Below, in pieces: positions 14,227 through 26,318 of a DNA stretch of 64,000 nucleotides (positions within the stretch are counted from its first letter, which is position 1; each line of letters begins with the position of its first letter). Source of the stretch: Vitrella brassicaformis CCMP3155. Taxonomy: Eukaryota > Protista > Chromerida. The stretch covers positions 62,001 through 126,000 of the forward strand of contig CDMY01000308.1 in assembly GCA_001179505.1 (NCBI GenBank). Direction: 5' to 3'. The notes below the pieces were generated by a model. It did no database searches. It had not been told where the DNA came from and was given only the letters and a program-made list of their open reading frames with translations. Both the position numbers and the translations under genes were made by a program.

Positions 14227-14729
14227 CGACATGCCATATGCGCTGCATGCGCAGCCCTCTTCCAAGGAAGTGACAATTACATGGTACAGCCATGTGGAGG
14301 CAGGTCATACCTGGTGCAGCACACCGGAGAACACAAGTGCTCTGGTACATTCGTAGGTGACGAGAGTGAGGGGAGAGCATTGTAATCTTCAGTTTCCCTA
14401 ATTGCCTTGCTTGCCTGCAGGATTGAAAGACGGACGAGTCCCTGCCATCGGTCAAATTCTCAGCCGCCACACTTTTGGGCACGTCCCTTCCCCACCACTT
14501 GCGAGGACGTCCGTGGCGTTCCATGCCCCATGCGTCACGGCCTCTACCACCAGCGAACCTGTCCCAGGGCCCGCAAGCCTATCGATCACATTCTCAGCCG
14601 CCACCACGATCACCACCCCCACAATCACACTCTTTCGTCGCCCCGCAGAGCTGCATTGGTCAACTCGTTGTCTTCCTTGTCGCTGCCCAAAGAACCTGTC
14701 GAGGTCAAACAGCGTCTCCTTGTGAGCTG

Positions 14730-16110
14730 GTGAAGAAGAAGGTGGTGGTTTGGGGTAAAGAGGAGAAGCCCGTCAAGGAGCTGGATCCCGTCTCTTTGTG
14801 GTCGTTCCTCGAGGAGAAGGGCTACTTGTGCATAGCGTCTCGTTGAGGCTGACGCTAAGGTGGCCAAGCTGAACGAGGTATTCGCAGCCACGGTGGCGGC
14901 AAAAACAGAGGCCAAGGTGAAGCTGGCGGCTCGAGAGGCAGCCACCGAGGCTGTCAATTCCGCTCGTCCTGTAGCCAACGAAGAGGCCAAGGGTGACGAT
15001 CGAATTGTTCAGCAGCACTGTTAGCAACAGCGCTTGGAGGCGAATTTTTACCAGTTCATGCGCACTGCTGCCAACGACAATGCCGAGATGTTGGCGGTCA
15101 TCCGCGATGCTCAACAGCAAGGACTGGGAGCTCGTGCGATGTACTTAAGTGTGCACTATACCTTCGCCAGCTTCCCCGTCAAGAAGGTAAGAACAATTGG
15201 GTAAGAAGCAATCAATCCATGCAGCCCTGCCTTGTATATGCGTACGCCTGTCGTTTCGACAGAGACGGTGTCGGTGACTCGACGAGAGCACAAGTTTGTC
15301 GTCAGAGACAGCCCACAGAGGACACTCAGCTTTACCGGGGCCTTCCTGAAGTAGAGACACACACCGCCAAGTGAGGGCCAGACACGAGCTGCTACGTGGA
15401 ATGGATACCATCCGAGACAGATAAAGAGCCATTGTGGATGGCATGCTATCAACAACGTGTGTGCGGCGAAAACAAACTTTCTCTGGACGACATGCAGGAC
15501 ATCGCCAGTGCGTGCTTTGTCCAATTTTGTTTGGATCATGGAATGGGAGAGGAGAAGTGGTTCTTCACTCGCGATCCTGTGCATGGAGACATCAATGGCA
15601 ACTACCATGATCAAGTGCTCGATGAGGTGTTCTTCAGCAATTCAAAGTCGCCAGAAGGACTCAGCAGAGAGGTCGGTGCAGCACATACGAACACACACAG
15701 ATACACATACAGACACATCGTTACAGGTCTATAATTGTTATAGGTGGTTGTTGACACGTGTGTGTGTGTGTGTGTGTGTGTGCAGTGGTCAAACAGGGTG
15801 ACACCGACGGCGTCATGCAACTGGAGCTTAAAAAAGCCAGCGTCAACAAAAAGTATTCATCACAGACAGACCCCGACGAGCTTTCGACGCCCCTCTCTCT
15901 CCTCTCTCTGTGTGTGTGTGTGTGTGCGTGTCTGTGTGGGTGGGTTGGGTGCTCTGTCTGCGTGTCTGTGCGGATGGGTTGGGTGTGTGTGCAGGACGCT
16001 ACAACAGCCTACAGCGACACACAGCTCAGAGACAGGTGCATTTGCACTACTCCGACGCTCCGCAAGGCGTCACGACACCGACTCTGTGTCGAGTCAGAGC
16101 GTCGTCAAGC
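14730..16110 (+). pseudogene. Disrupted multi-exon coding-like region of unknown family
   Basis: Segments KELDPVSLWSFLEEKGY, EADAKVAKLNEVFAATVAAKTEAK, EWIPSETDKEPLWMACY...HDQVLDEVFF and VKQGDTDGVMQLELKKAS carry in-frame stops and frame changes. GT-AG boundaries are present. Confidence 0.4.
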
Positions 16111-16329
16111 ATACATGTACAATGTACGCCGCCCTCTATACATACACACAACAAGGAATCCATCACATGTCTCTCTGACTTGTGTCGATCTGCTCTCAGG
16201 CCACCGCGTTTCTGCGGGTAGGGGTGAGTCGTTTGGTGCGTGGGCGTTGGTGGATGGTGAGGTTGCCTCGCAACTTCACGACGACGCTTCGGTAATGTGT
16301 CGAGCTGGCCGTTGAGGAGCAGATCGACA

Positions 16330-17870
16330 ATGAGCTTACAGCTCACCGTTCGCCGTCCGTCGGGCAAACTGCACATCGACCTTCACTTGAGCATCAACAG
16401 GGTGCCGCCACCAAGGTTCGACGACACCGACGAAGAGAGATGGTTTGTGTCATGGGCAGAGGAAGCATTATGAGAAGAGCAAAGGACAGGTGCACATTCT
16501 TTTAAACGCCCCACGGTTACCTTCAAGTGTTCTCTCTCTCTTCGCTTTGCTGCTGGATGTGTGTCTCTTTCTGTGTTTTCCCACAGGATGATGTCCACGG
16601 ACATGGCCGTTGTCGAGTCTATCAAGGGGGAGACCACGTGCTATGGGCTGTCGGCAGTTCGGAGGCTTTGCAATGTTTCAGAGCCGGCATGATTTAATGC
16701 AATTCGGTAGAGACACGCACACGCAGCCTCACCTGCCAGTTGCCATGTTGTCTATTGCTTGCGTTACATCTGTAATATCAGTTGTCGAGCCTGCGGCTTT
16801 TTGGTTGCATCAACCGACAGCCCCCTCACGGACAGCATCAGGCTGCAGTCCGTCTACCGGTATGTGTGCAGCCAACAAACACACGCAGAGACACAGAGAC
16901 AGAGAGAGAAGGAGAGAGCATTGTCTGTCTGTACGTCAGAACATGGCGGGACGGCCCCATTGTGGCCGATCTGTTGCGTTGTGTCGGCGACAGGCGGCGT
17001 CTGGTGTTTGTGATATGCAATGACCACCACGTCTTCGGCGCCTCCGTCGTCCATTGTCACTTTTCTGATGACACTGCCGGGCTTCGGACTCAAGTTGACG
17101 TCCATGCTGGTGCAGGTCGGTCAGTCTGGTTTATCAATTTGAGATAATCTATTGGTGTCTTTTTTTGACTGTTCGTTCCTGCATAGTTATTTCTGTACGA
17201 TTTGGCTGATCTGAAGCCTTCGGTCGAAGTCATGGGGGACGTCGAAGAGGATGAGATGATCGAGCCCCCTGCATGGGTCGACACCAACGTGAAGAAATTC
17301 ATGGGGCATGTGTCGGGCGACTTTGTTCGCAATCCGGACACCGTTTCCCGCAGGATGAGCTCGTAAGGGGCATTACCTATTATTAACCCCCCTCGTGCTT
17401 TTTTTCGCTGGTCTCTGTCTTCGTTTTGTGGCAGGACCATGAAAGGTCCCGACGCAGAGGAGACCTACAAGCGGACAACACACGTGGGGACGGTGGGTAT
17501 GTGGATGTACCAGAATCTCTGCAACGAGAAATCGTGCAATACCTGTCCGCTGGGCGTAGCCATCCCGTCCTTCTATCGTCTCGATGACCGCCGAAGCGTG
17601 GCAGATCTCGACGGTGCCGAGGATGGCAATGGAGAGACAATGGAGAGCGAGGTCTGGAGCCGCCCCACCAGCCTGGGAATAGCCTAGGCTGGCAGCTGCA
17701 ATGGACCGACTTGACCCAGGATACGTCAGCCCCGCAGTTTTCGACCAGCTCGAGGATGCGTTCAACGACTTCGTCCGGCAGCAGCGCCTGTTGGTGTTGG
17801 GATGGACCAAAGGAGGGCTCTCCCGCACGAACACAGCGACGCTCGTCACATCCACCTGGTATTGTGTACG
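16330..17870 (+). pseudogene. Disrupted multi-exon coding-like region; weak resemblance to a CE-clan (Ulp1-like) protease
   Basis: Exons LVFVICNDHHVFGASVVHCHF, LFLYDLADLKPSVEV...WVDTNVKKFMGHV and MDRLDPGYVSPAVFDQLEDAFNDF. Frames cannot be joined without shifts or stops. Confidence 0.35.
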
Positions 17871-18889
17871 TCAAGCGATAAGCCATATGCATTCTTGTGT
17901 GTGTGTGCACCTCTGTGTGTGTGTGTGTGTGTTTGTGAGTGCAGCCCCCGCCGTCTGCTGCCTATCTCAATCCAGCGCAAGGACGCACAAAGAAGACCGA
18001 CACCTTCGTCTCCTTTCCTCACCGCATGCTGCTGACCACGGCTATGGACCACGGGGGCGTGACGCGCTAGAATAAAATACATCCGCTACTAATAGGCATC
18101 CATTCCAAGTAGATTCATTTCGCAGGACAGGACACACAGCTTTTATTAAATTGAAGACACATACGTGTTCACTGCCTGCTTATTCAATTGTGCTTACTCA
18201 TTCATCCACTATTTACAGCGGTACGTCCGTCTTTTAAAGCACAAAGCCATTCACACCATGACACCCTCACATACAAATCGACCCCATAATCAAGCATATG
18301 CCAACTAAGCCCACCCTCACACACGCAGTGGCACACCCTCAATCAATGCATCCTTGATGCACAATACAACTCTTGATGACTCTCTCTCAGCGCATTGCCA
18401 GTCGTGCAACTGCACACACACATAAAATCCACATTCATATCTCGAAGCTGGTAGTAATTGAGCCCTCTGTTGATCGACATACCCGATACAGTCCGCTCAT
18501 CTCCACATGAGGGCGGTTGGCCGCTGTCTTCGTCCGTGTCATCCTGCAGACACACACACGCAGAGACAGACGGAGTGTGCGTGTCTGTGTGTGTGTGTGA
18601 GACAGAGAGAGCATATCTACGTAGCACTCCCAACTCACGCACACGTCAGTCAGATTTATACATGCGTCCATCCGATGGATCAATCGCTCAGAGATCTCGG
18701 TGGTGTATTTTTCATCCCCACTGGCCAGTGGGTCGAAAGTAGCAAATATTCACATTCTCATCACAGCAAGCTGGATGGACGGACGGACTGACGGCGGACG
18801 GCCACCCACTCACTCACTCACTCGCATGTCTACACGTTACCTTTGTGAGCAATCAGCGGCTGCACACGTCTGTTGGTTCACTGGACGAA

Positions 18890-21800
18890 TCAGTAGAGTC
18901 CGCCTCGCCACCATGGCGGCCCCGCCTCGATGCGAGTGCCGTTCAGCTCTAGTACAGCCGCGTGCAGACCTGCACAAGACACACACACACACACACAAAC
19001 ACACACAGGCACACACGTACACACACCCCTCTGCACACGCCCATCTGTGCGAGTATCGTACCGATCGGTATTTCCGGCTCTGCTGCCGTGTCCATCAGCC
19101 GCTTGGCCGCCATGGGTCCGTTGGTCGTTGTGGGGGCGACCTGTTCGTCTTTCTCCGATAGCGTGTGGACGAAAAAGCCGCTCATCGGTGCGTACCTACA
19201 CCAGACAAAGCACCATTTGCAGGTATGTGACTGTGTTTGGCGTGTGTGTGTGTGTGCTGCGTACATGGTGTCCCCGACGATCGGCGCCCCCATTGCTGCA
19301 AACTGTGCCCGCAGCTGGTGTGTACGGCCTGATGATGAAAAGCACACACGCATTCATGGACTGATCGGTGTGCGCAGGTGTGCCACATACACCATGGCAC
19401 ATACCAGTGATGAGCTCAACTTGTAGCTCATAGTAGGGAGATGCCCCGTCCTGACGACACAGCAGCATAAGTGCATCCATGTGTGGCTGGCTGGATACAT
19501 GCTTCCCTTCCCATCTCTCTCTCCCTCTCCCTCTCCCTCTCTCTGTGTGTGTGTGTGTGTGTGCGTGCGTGTGTGTGTGTGTACCTGCAGCAGCCCTTCC
19601 AGCCTCTGCTGCATTCTCGCCTCGTTTTGAGAACTGCCGACACACACAGGAGTCACACAGATATACACCTTCCCAAACACAGACGGATCTACTTCCGCTC
19701 ACTCACATGGTTCTGTCCCATTCTGCGTCGATCGCAAAGGCAGGCCACTCATCAGAGGGGGGCGGGGCGGACCGGTCGCTGGCTGACATCTGCACAAGTA
19801 CACACACACACAAAGAGAGAGATGGAAATGTGAGCATACAGATCCGTGTGTACGCGGACCGTCAGCTGGTCGGTGACATCAGTGCACGAGAGCACCACAC
19901 ACTTGCAGTCCTTCCAGCCGTCGATAGGCGACTCGCTCACGAGACGGGGCGCCTGCGTGTTGAGGTTCAATGCTGGACCTGCACCCATCCAGCGTGAATG
20001 CATTGTGTGGACGAGTGCATGGGTGTTGGGGTGAGGGAACCTGGTGGCATGTAGTGCTGGATGACGCCGTTGTCGAATGGCTTCCGCACCAGGACACGGT
20101 ACACCTTGCGCATCTCGCCGATCGCCCGCTCTGCGTCTGCATGAAGGTGGGCCATATGCCCATCCAATGGGCGAGACGGTCACCCACCTACCTGCAGCTG
20201 AGCCATCGGCTGACTGCTCCTCCCTGAATCACACACCAGACACCAGACACACACCACACACACGACGGGAAGATACACACGCACATACAGCTGTCCTTGA
20301 GCCCGCATAGACGGACGTACACGTGTGTGGCTTTGCCGTTGAGAGATCTGTGTTCCATCCACCGCGTGAAGTGCCGCGCGGCCTTCTTGCGGCGGGCCAC
20401 GCACACCAGCCCGGTGGTCGCTATGTCCAGCCGATGCAGCGCTATGAGATCTGCAGCCAGTCCCACAACGCGCACCGATGGATGGATGGATGGATGTGTT
20501 GTGTGTGCCTGTGTCTGTGTCTGTGTCTGTGACTGTGTGTGAGTGTGTGTATGCTTGCGTGCGTACTGTCTTCCTGCAGGCCTCGTTCAGCGGCACCGTG
20601 CAAACACTCCCTATGCAGGATACACACGTATGCCTCCTCAATGTCAACGCGTGTGTGTGACTGTGTGTGTACCTGTAGTTGGACACATGTGGCTGGCAGG
20701 GCAGCCCAAAGGGCTTCTCGAGCACCACAAAATGCTCACACGAATGGCGCACACGCGACGGCCAGTCCACATGCACACCTACACACACACAGAGACACAC
20801 TAATGTATCCACCCGGATGTGCCGCGTGTGTACGTCCCTCCTGCGCACACAACGCACCTCTCTGTCGCTTGGGTTTGAGGTGCACTCTGATGAGAAACCG
20901 CTCGTTGCCTTTGATGCTTATGGCCCCGTCTATCCGGTTGCGCCGGTAGTGGCTCTTCAGCTGGGCTCGCAATGTGGCGGCGGGAACTGCGTGCACACAC
21001 ATGGACTGTCAGGACGGTGTGTGTGCTGTCTGTGTGCGTACCGTTGTCAGCAGGTGGGTTCTCTGATATGTACACGCAGCCAAGGTCGATGAGCCACAAG
21101 GCGCCCTCCCTGTCAGGCACCTGCGCAGACGCAAAAGCCCACACGCACAGACAGACACTCATGGAACCGGCATCCTCTCTACATGCGCACACACCTGTGG
21201 CAGTGCCTCCATAATGACGTCTGAGAGCCGATACTCACCCTCATGCTGACAGATGACAACACACAGACAGACAGAGAGACAGACAGAGAGACAGACAGAC
21301 AGACAGACAGCTCTACACAGGAGTCCGTCTTGTCCCTCCTCACACACACACATACCGTCTCATCTTTGAGTTTCATCTCGATGACGTAGACGTCCTGCCA
21401 CTGGTGCCCCAGGGTGCTGGTGTACCCACTGCGCGTCCACGTGAGGTTGCGCATCACCTGCTGCCGACAGGAGGACGGGGGAAACGGGTGCAGAAAATCT
21501 CGCTCGTCGCCCTGAAACACAGGCAGACAGATGACCCACAGACGGACAGATTGATTCACCATCATCCACATGGTTGCTTGTGTCCCGTATGCGTGTGTGT
21601 GCGTCATTCTCTCACTTTGAAAGGCGTCAGGGCTGCATGTTTTCTTCTCCTGCCTTCTGCTGGGGCAGGGTTGAACTTGGAGTAGGGCAGAGATGGGTCG
21701 CTGACACAACATTCATCGCACCAACACAGACAGACAGACAGACAATACAGCCAAAGCAGGCAGGAATCATCCGTTCAGATCTGTGCATAGTCGTGTGCGC

Positions 21801-21898
21801 TGATCTGTCCATCCATTCACCGACCTGATTAATCGGAAAGATCCAGCCTGGAATAGACCAAAGGCAAGCAACACAACAGCACAGACGAGCGCTAGCAT
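18890..21898 (-). CDS. RluA-family RNA pseudouridine synthase with signal + transit leader (probably plastid-targeted)
   Basis: Motifs VVLEKPFGLPCQ, LHRLDIATTGL (catalytic Asp), KVYRVLV, ELITG|RTHQLRAQFAAMGAPIVGDTMY and GLHAAVLEL. N-terminus MLALVCAVVLLAFGLFQAGS-FRLISDPSLPYSKF. Confidence 0.92.
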
Positions 21899-22243
21899 CC
21901 GCCGGAAAACGCCGCGTTCTGCAACCCCGGGTCAGCATCTTCAAGCTCGCAAAAATCACGCCAGCATCTCCTCTCCTCGCATCTCCCGCCATTCTCCGTC
22001 CTCTGCGTGTGTGAGCACTCCCTCGTGTGAACGGCAACAGCAGATATGGCGTTGCTTGCAGTTTCATGATACTGAGATGAGGACCGGCGAGATGAGCTGA
22101 TCTGCGGCATTGGTGAGTGAGAGAGTGAGGCTGACAGTGATGCTTCTGTCAGACTGTCTTGTGTGTGTGTTTGTGTGTCGTGTTGCAGGCTTCTCGTGCA
22201 GATTTTGGTACTTCTGACTGTCTGTCTGTCGGTTGGTTGATTG
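21899..22243. promoter_or_regulatory. Candidate bidirectional promoter between RluA (-) and SLC25A38 (+)
   Basis: 345 bp between divergent ATGs. Confidence 0.4.
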
Positions 22244-23569
22244 ATGTCCAATCCTCGCGAGGAGGTGCAGAAGCTGAAATGGCAGGCGGCAGCCATCAGC
22301 GGCGCATGTGCAGGTACGTCACTCCCCCCCCCCCCNNNNNNNNNNNNNNNNNNNNNNNNNNNNNNNNNNNNNNNNNNNNNNNNNNNNNNNNNNNNNNNNN
22401 NNNNNNNNNNNNNNNNNNNNNNNNNNNNNNNNNNNNNNNNNNNNNNNNNNNNNNNNNNNNNNNNNNNNNNNNNNNNNNNNNNNNNNNNNNNNNNNNNNNN
22501 NNNNNNNNNNNNNNNNNNNNNNNNNNNNNNNNNNNNNNNNNNNNNNNNNNNNNNNNNNNNNNNNNNNNNNNNNNNNNNNNNNNNNNNNNNNNNNNNNNNN
22601 NNNNNNNNNNNNNNNNNNNNNNNNNNNNNNNNNNNGTACGTCACTCCCCCCCCCCCCACACACACACACAGATCAATCTGGGAGTCCATCTGAGTGCCTC
22701 ACTCATTGGCTGCGTTCTCTCTCACTCACTCCCTCATTCATTCAGGGATTGTGGGCAGCGTGCTTCTGCAGCCACTGGACCTGATCAAAACAAGACAGGT
22801 GGGTGCAAAATACATACACACGCACACTCACACTCACACTCACACGGTGACCATTGCATGGTCGTGTGTATGTATGTATGTGTTTCCATCAATGTGGTCC
22901 TATCTGCAGCAACAGCCCAACAAGGCTCCCGAGGAGACCCGTTTCCTCCGCGTGGCCGCCCAGACACTCAAGGCAAACGGACTCAGGGGACTCTGGCGGG
23001 GAGTCGTCCCCACCGTGTAAGTATCCCCCCCTCTCATACCCTTCTCTGTTGACACGTGAACATGCCTATGTGTGTGGTGGGGATTGTCAGGTTTCGTGTT
23101 GGGCCTGGCGCGGCGCTTTACTTCACCTGTCTGCACCTGCTGCAGACCAACTGCCCCGCAAAATGGTGAGGGTCGTCAGGGAAGGAGATTGACTGTGTGT
23201 GTCCATCCTTGCGGAGCATCCTTGCGGATGTGTGTGTGTGTGTGTGTGTGTAACATGGATGTTGATTGACCAGGCGCCAGAAGCCGCGGGAAGGTGTGCA
23301 TATCGGCGACTATTTCAAGAGCACGTTCAAGAAGAAAGAGGAGAGGCGGAAAGAGGCACTGGGAAAAAAAGACCAGAACGGTACTCAGACACCACCCATA
23401 TCCACCACGAGCACAGACACACCTACATAGGCGCCGTGTGTGTGTGTGCAGGTCTGTCTGAGGGGTTGGGTGTCAAGGGCGGTTGCCCCCACGCGCCTAC
23501 ACCACCACCAGCAATAGGTACTCCCACATGTGCACGTGAATGTCAACGTGGATGTGTGTTTTCACGTGC

Positions 23570-23600
<31 letters not shown>

Positions 23601-24975
23601 GGAGCACCACCGAGCGGCGGCGCGACCCGTCAGAGGGCACCCCCGCCAGCTGGTACAACCTGCTCGCAGGTGCCACGTCGAGGACCTTCTCAGCCACTGT
23701 CCTGTAAGCCACACGCTTCCGCGAATCTCAATAGAGAAGAGGACGTACATGCACAACTGTGTGGTATGCATCCGTGCAGGTCTCCTGTGGCTGTGGTCAA
23801 GACGCGCATGGAGAGCACGGTGGCCTACGGCGAGCAGGCCGCCGCCAGGGCGAAGGGCGTCACCATGAGAGGTCGGCACGCGCGCAGATGTCCATCCATC
23901 CATCCATCCGAGTGTGTGTCTGTCCATGATTCAGGTGTGTTTCTGTACATATGGCGTCACGAGGGCGTGTTGGGTTTCTACCGGGGTCTACTGCCCACAT
24001 TGGCGCGTGACGTGCCGTACAGCTCCATCTACTACATGGTCTACCAGAAGATCAAACACACAATCGGACTCAACAACAAACACGAAAAGGGATATGTCGT
24101 CAAGTACGTGGCACCATGTATCTGCACACATGTGTGTGGGTGACATGTGTCAATGTCTTCCTCTGTGTGTGGGTGCAGGAACTTCGCGTGCAGTGCGTCG
24201 GCAGGTGCATTCGCCGCGTTTGTGACACACCCACCGGACATCGTCAGGACACGACTGCAGCTGCAAATGGCGGTATGGATGACACACACACGCACACACG
24301 CACACACTGCACAAACCCCATCTGCACACATACACACTTGTCTGTGTGCATGTGTGCAGATGCAGCCCCCCTCCCCCTCCCCCTCTCCCGCCCCCTCCCC
24401 TCCCCCCATGGCTGCCCCCGCTGCTGCTGCTGCTGCTGCTGCTGCGGGTGTTCCCGCTGCTGCGCCTGCTGGTCAGCCGGCCTGTGTGCACGTGTTTGGC
24501 GGTCGTGTGAAGCTGGGCAGGGCGCTCAGCGAGGCCTACAGGATCGTCATGCAGGAGGGGGTCTGGGCTCTATTCAGAGGGTACGCCCATATGGAAGTGG
24601 ATACGAGCATGTGATGTACCTGTGTTTGTGTGTGCGTGAGTGTGTGTGCAGGATAGAGTCGCGGTTGCTGAAGCGCACTTTGGCGGCCGCCCTGACCTGG
24701 TGAGTGAGACGATGGCATGGCTCTGCATGTCAATGTGTGTGTCTATGTGCAGGACGATATTCGATGAGATATCGAAGTTCGCCAACAAGTGCGTCACGAT
24801 CGGCTCCACAATCCCATGTCAGCACCGCCAACACACACATGATGCACATTTGCGGAGGCTCACGCCCTTCGTCCTTCTTTGCTTTGTGTGTGCAGACACG
24901 GTGACCAAGGCGCCCTCCCCCGCCCCCATCGTGTCCGCCGACGGACCGCTGTCACTCGCCAAAGACAAGTCATGA
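22244..24975 (+). CDS. SLC25A38: Mitochondrial carrier, SLC25A38/Hem25 (glycine carrier)-like
   Basis: Three PxDxxKTR-type motifs (QPLDLIKTRQ, PVAVVKTRME, HPPDIVRTRLQ), plus RVGPGAALYF, GATSRTFSAT, RDVPYSSIYYMVYQKIK and RLLKRTLAAALTWTIFDE, typical of the SLC25A38 subfamily. Confidence 0.88.
22336..22635. other. Assembly gap (300 N) with identical 22-bp flanks
   Basis: gtacgtcact(c)12 occurs at 22314-22335 and again at 22636-22657. Confidence 1.
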
Positions 24976-25339
24976 CCACACAGAAGGCCGACAATCGCGT
25001 GTTTTGCTTTTGTGAGTTGCGCGTCTCGCTGAGGTTTCGCATTCAGTGCGTGCAGTGATTGACCGATTGCACTGCATGTAGAGAGACGGACGGATGCATC
25101 GATGGAGATGCGGCGGCTCACTTGTTGTGTGTATGATTTTTCAACTCTCTTTTCCTCGCCTTGTCTCGTCTCTTCTCGTCTTGTATAGCTGTTTCTGTGT
25201 GGGTGTGATGACTGTACATGCCGTCTGCATGCGTGTCTGTAACACTGTTTTGCTAGTGACGCACAAAAGAATATATCAGGGCTTAGGAGCACAACACAGC
25301 AAACACACGGGTCAGTGCTGCCCCCTCCCCCGCACAGAG

Positions 25340-26270
25340 AGGGATGGCTTGACCATGTAGACCTCCTTCAGTCTCTCCAGCTTCACCCACTGACGCACAT
25401 AAGGGTCACCCATACTCTCGAGTGCGTCAAGAGTCACATGCTCACCGCCACGCGGCCTCTGTCTGTCTCTCTCCCTGTCTCTGTCTCTGTCTCGTGGCTT
25501 TCCATCCTTTGGATCCGACCCCCCCTCCCCCCCATGTAGGTATATCCGCATAAAGGCCGAGTAGTCGCTTCCGCAGTCGACGAAAGTGGGCAACACTTGA
25601 CCCTCACAAGCCATCGCTGTCGCAGCAGACACCGGCGGGCTCCCCGCCCTCTGCTGCATGTTCTTCAGCACACGGGCCTTCTGCCTGCACACAAAGCGCA
25701 CAGACACACTCACATGAGTAAATGCATTCTCACCGTCTGAGTGGAGGGATCACCACACTGACTTGAAATGGTTTGCGAGTGCGGGAGAGGTCGATGGGAA
25801 TGGGGCCTTCGGAGAGAGCTCGTCATGGTGCTCGTTGACGTACCCCTGGGCGAAGGCCATCTCCAACTCGCCGTTCTCGTCCACGGGTGCCGCCGCAAAG
25901 AGGCTCTTGAAGTCATGCTTATCGGTTCGTGACTGAGTGTGCCTGCTGTCCTCTCGTCCGTCTTGTAGGCTGAATGTGAGAGATGGCCTGGCAGCAGCGG
26001 CAACAGGGCTCCTTGGCCGCCTCTGATGCGTCATCTTTCGGCGACAAGGTTTGTTGTCGAGACTGGGGGCCGATGGGGGGGTGAGAGGATCGCATCTGTT
26101 CAACCAACGAATCAAGCCACCCTGCCTTGAGCTCATCCGAGGAGTCGACGTGGTCGGCAATTCCATTGCTTCATACGACAGCAGCGCCGTTTCCATTGGT
26201 CACCGTGGCCAAGAGGACATTGTCGGCTACCTCACCGGTGTGAGGATTCGAGAGGACATGGGTGGCTGAG
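25340..26270 (-). pseudogene. Disrupted coding-like region of unknown family
   Basis: Segments HVTLDALESMGDPYVRQWVKLERLKEVY, QVLPTFVDCGSDYSAFMRIY, KHDFKSLFAAAPVDENGELEMAFAQGY and DELKAGWLDSLVEQMR lie in inconsistent frames with stops. Confidence 0.35.
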
Positions 26271-26318
26271 ATCTAACCACCCCATCGGAACACGCAATCA
26301 GACCGTGGTTTCCATAAC

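Noticed and set aside
18071-18076. AATAAA as a polyadenylation signal
   Set aside because: A single hexamer in an AT-rich patch; its use in this lineage is not established and the upstream gene is unresolved.
18343-18642. Minus-strand ORF as a final RluA exon
   Set aside because: RluA already terminates in frame at 18890 (PPWWRGGLY*).
21627-22067. 146-aa minus-strand ORF (MKLQATPYLL...) as the RluA N-terminus
   Set aside because: Its donor phase does not join the next exon; the ATG at 21898 in another frame joins in phase and gives a clean signal peptide.
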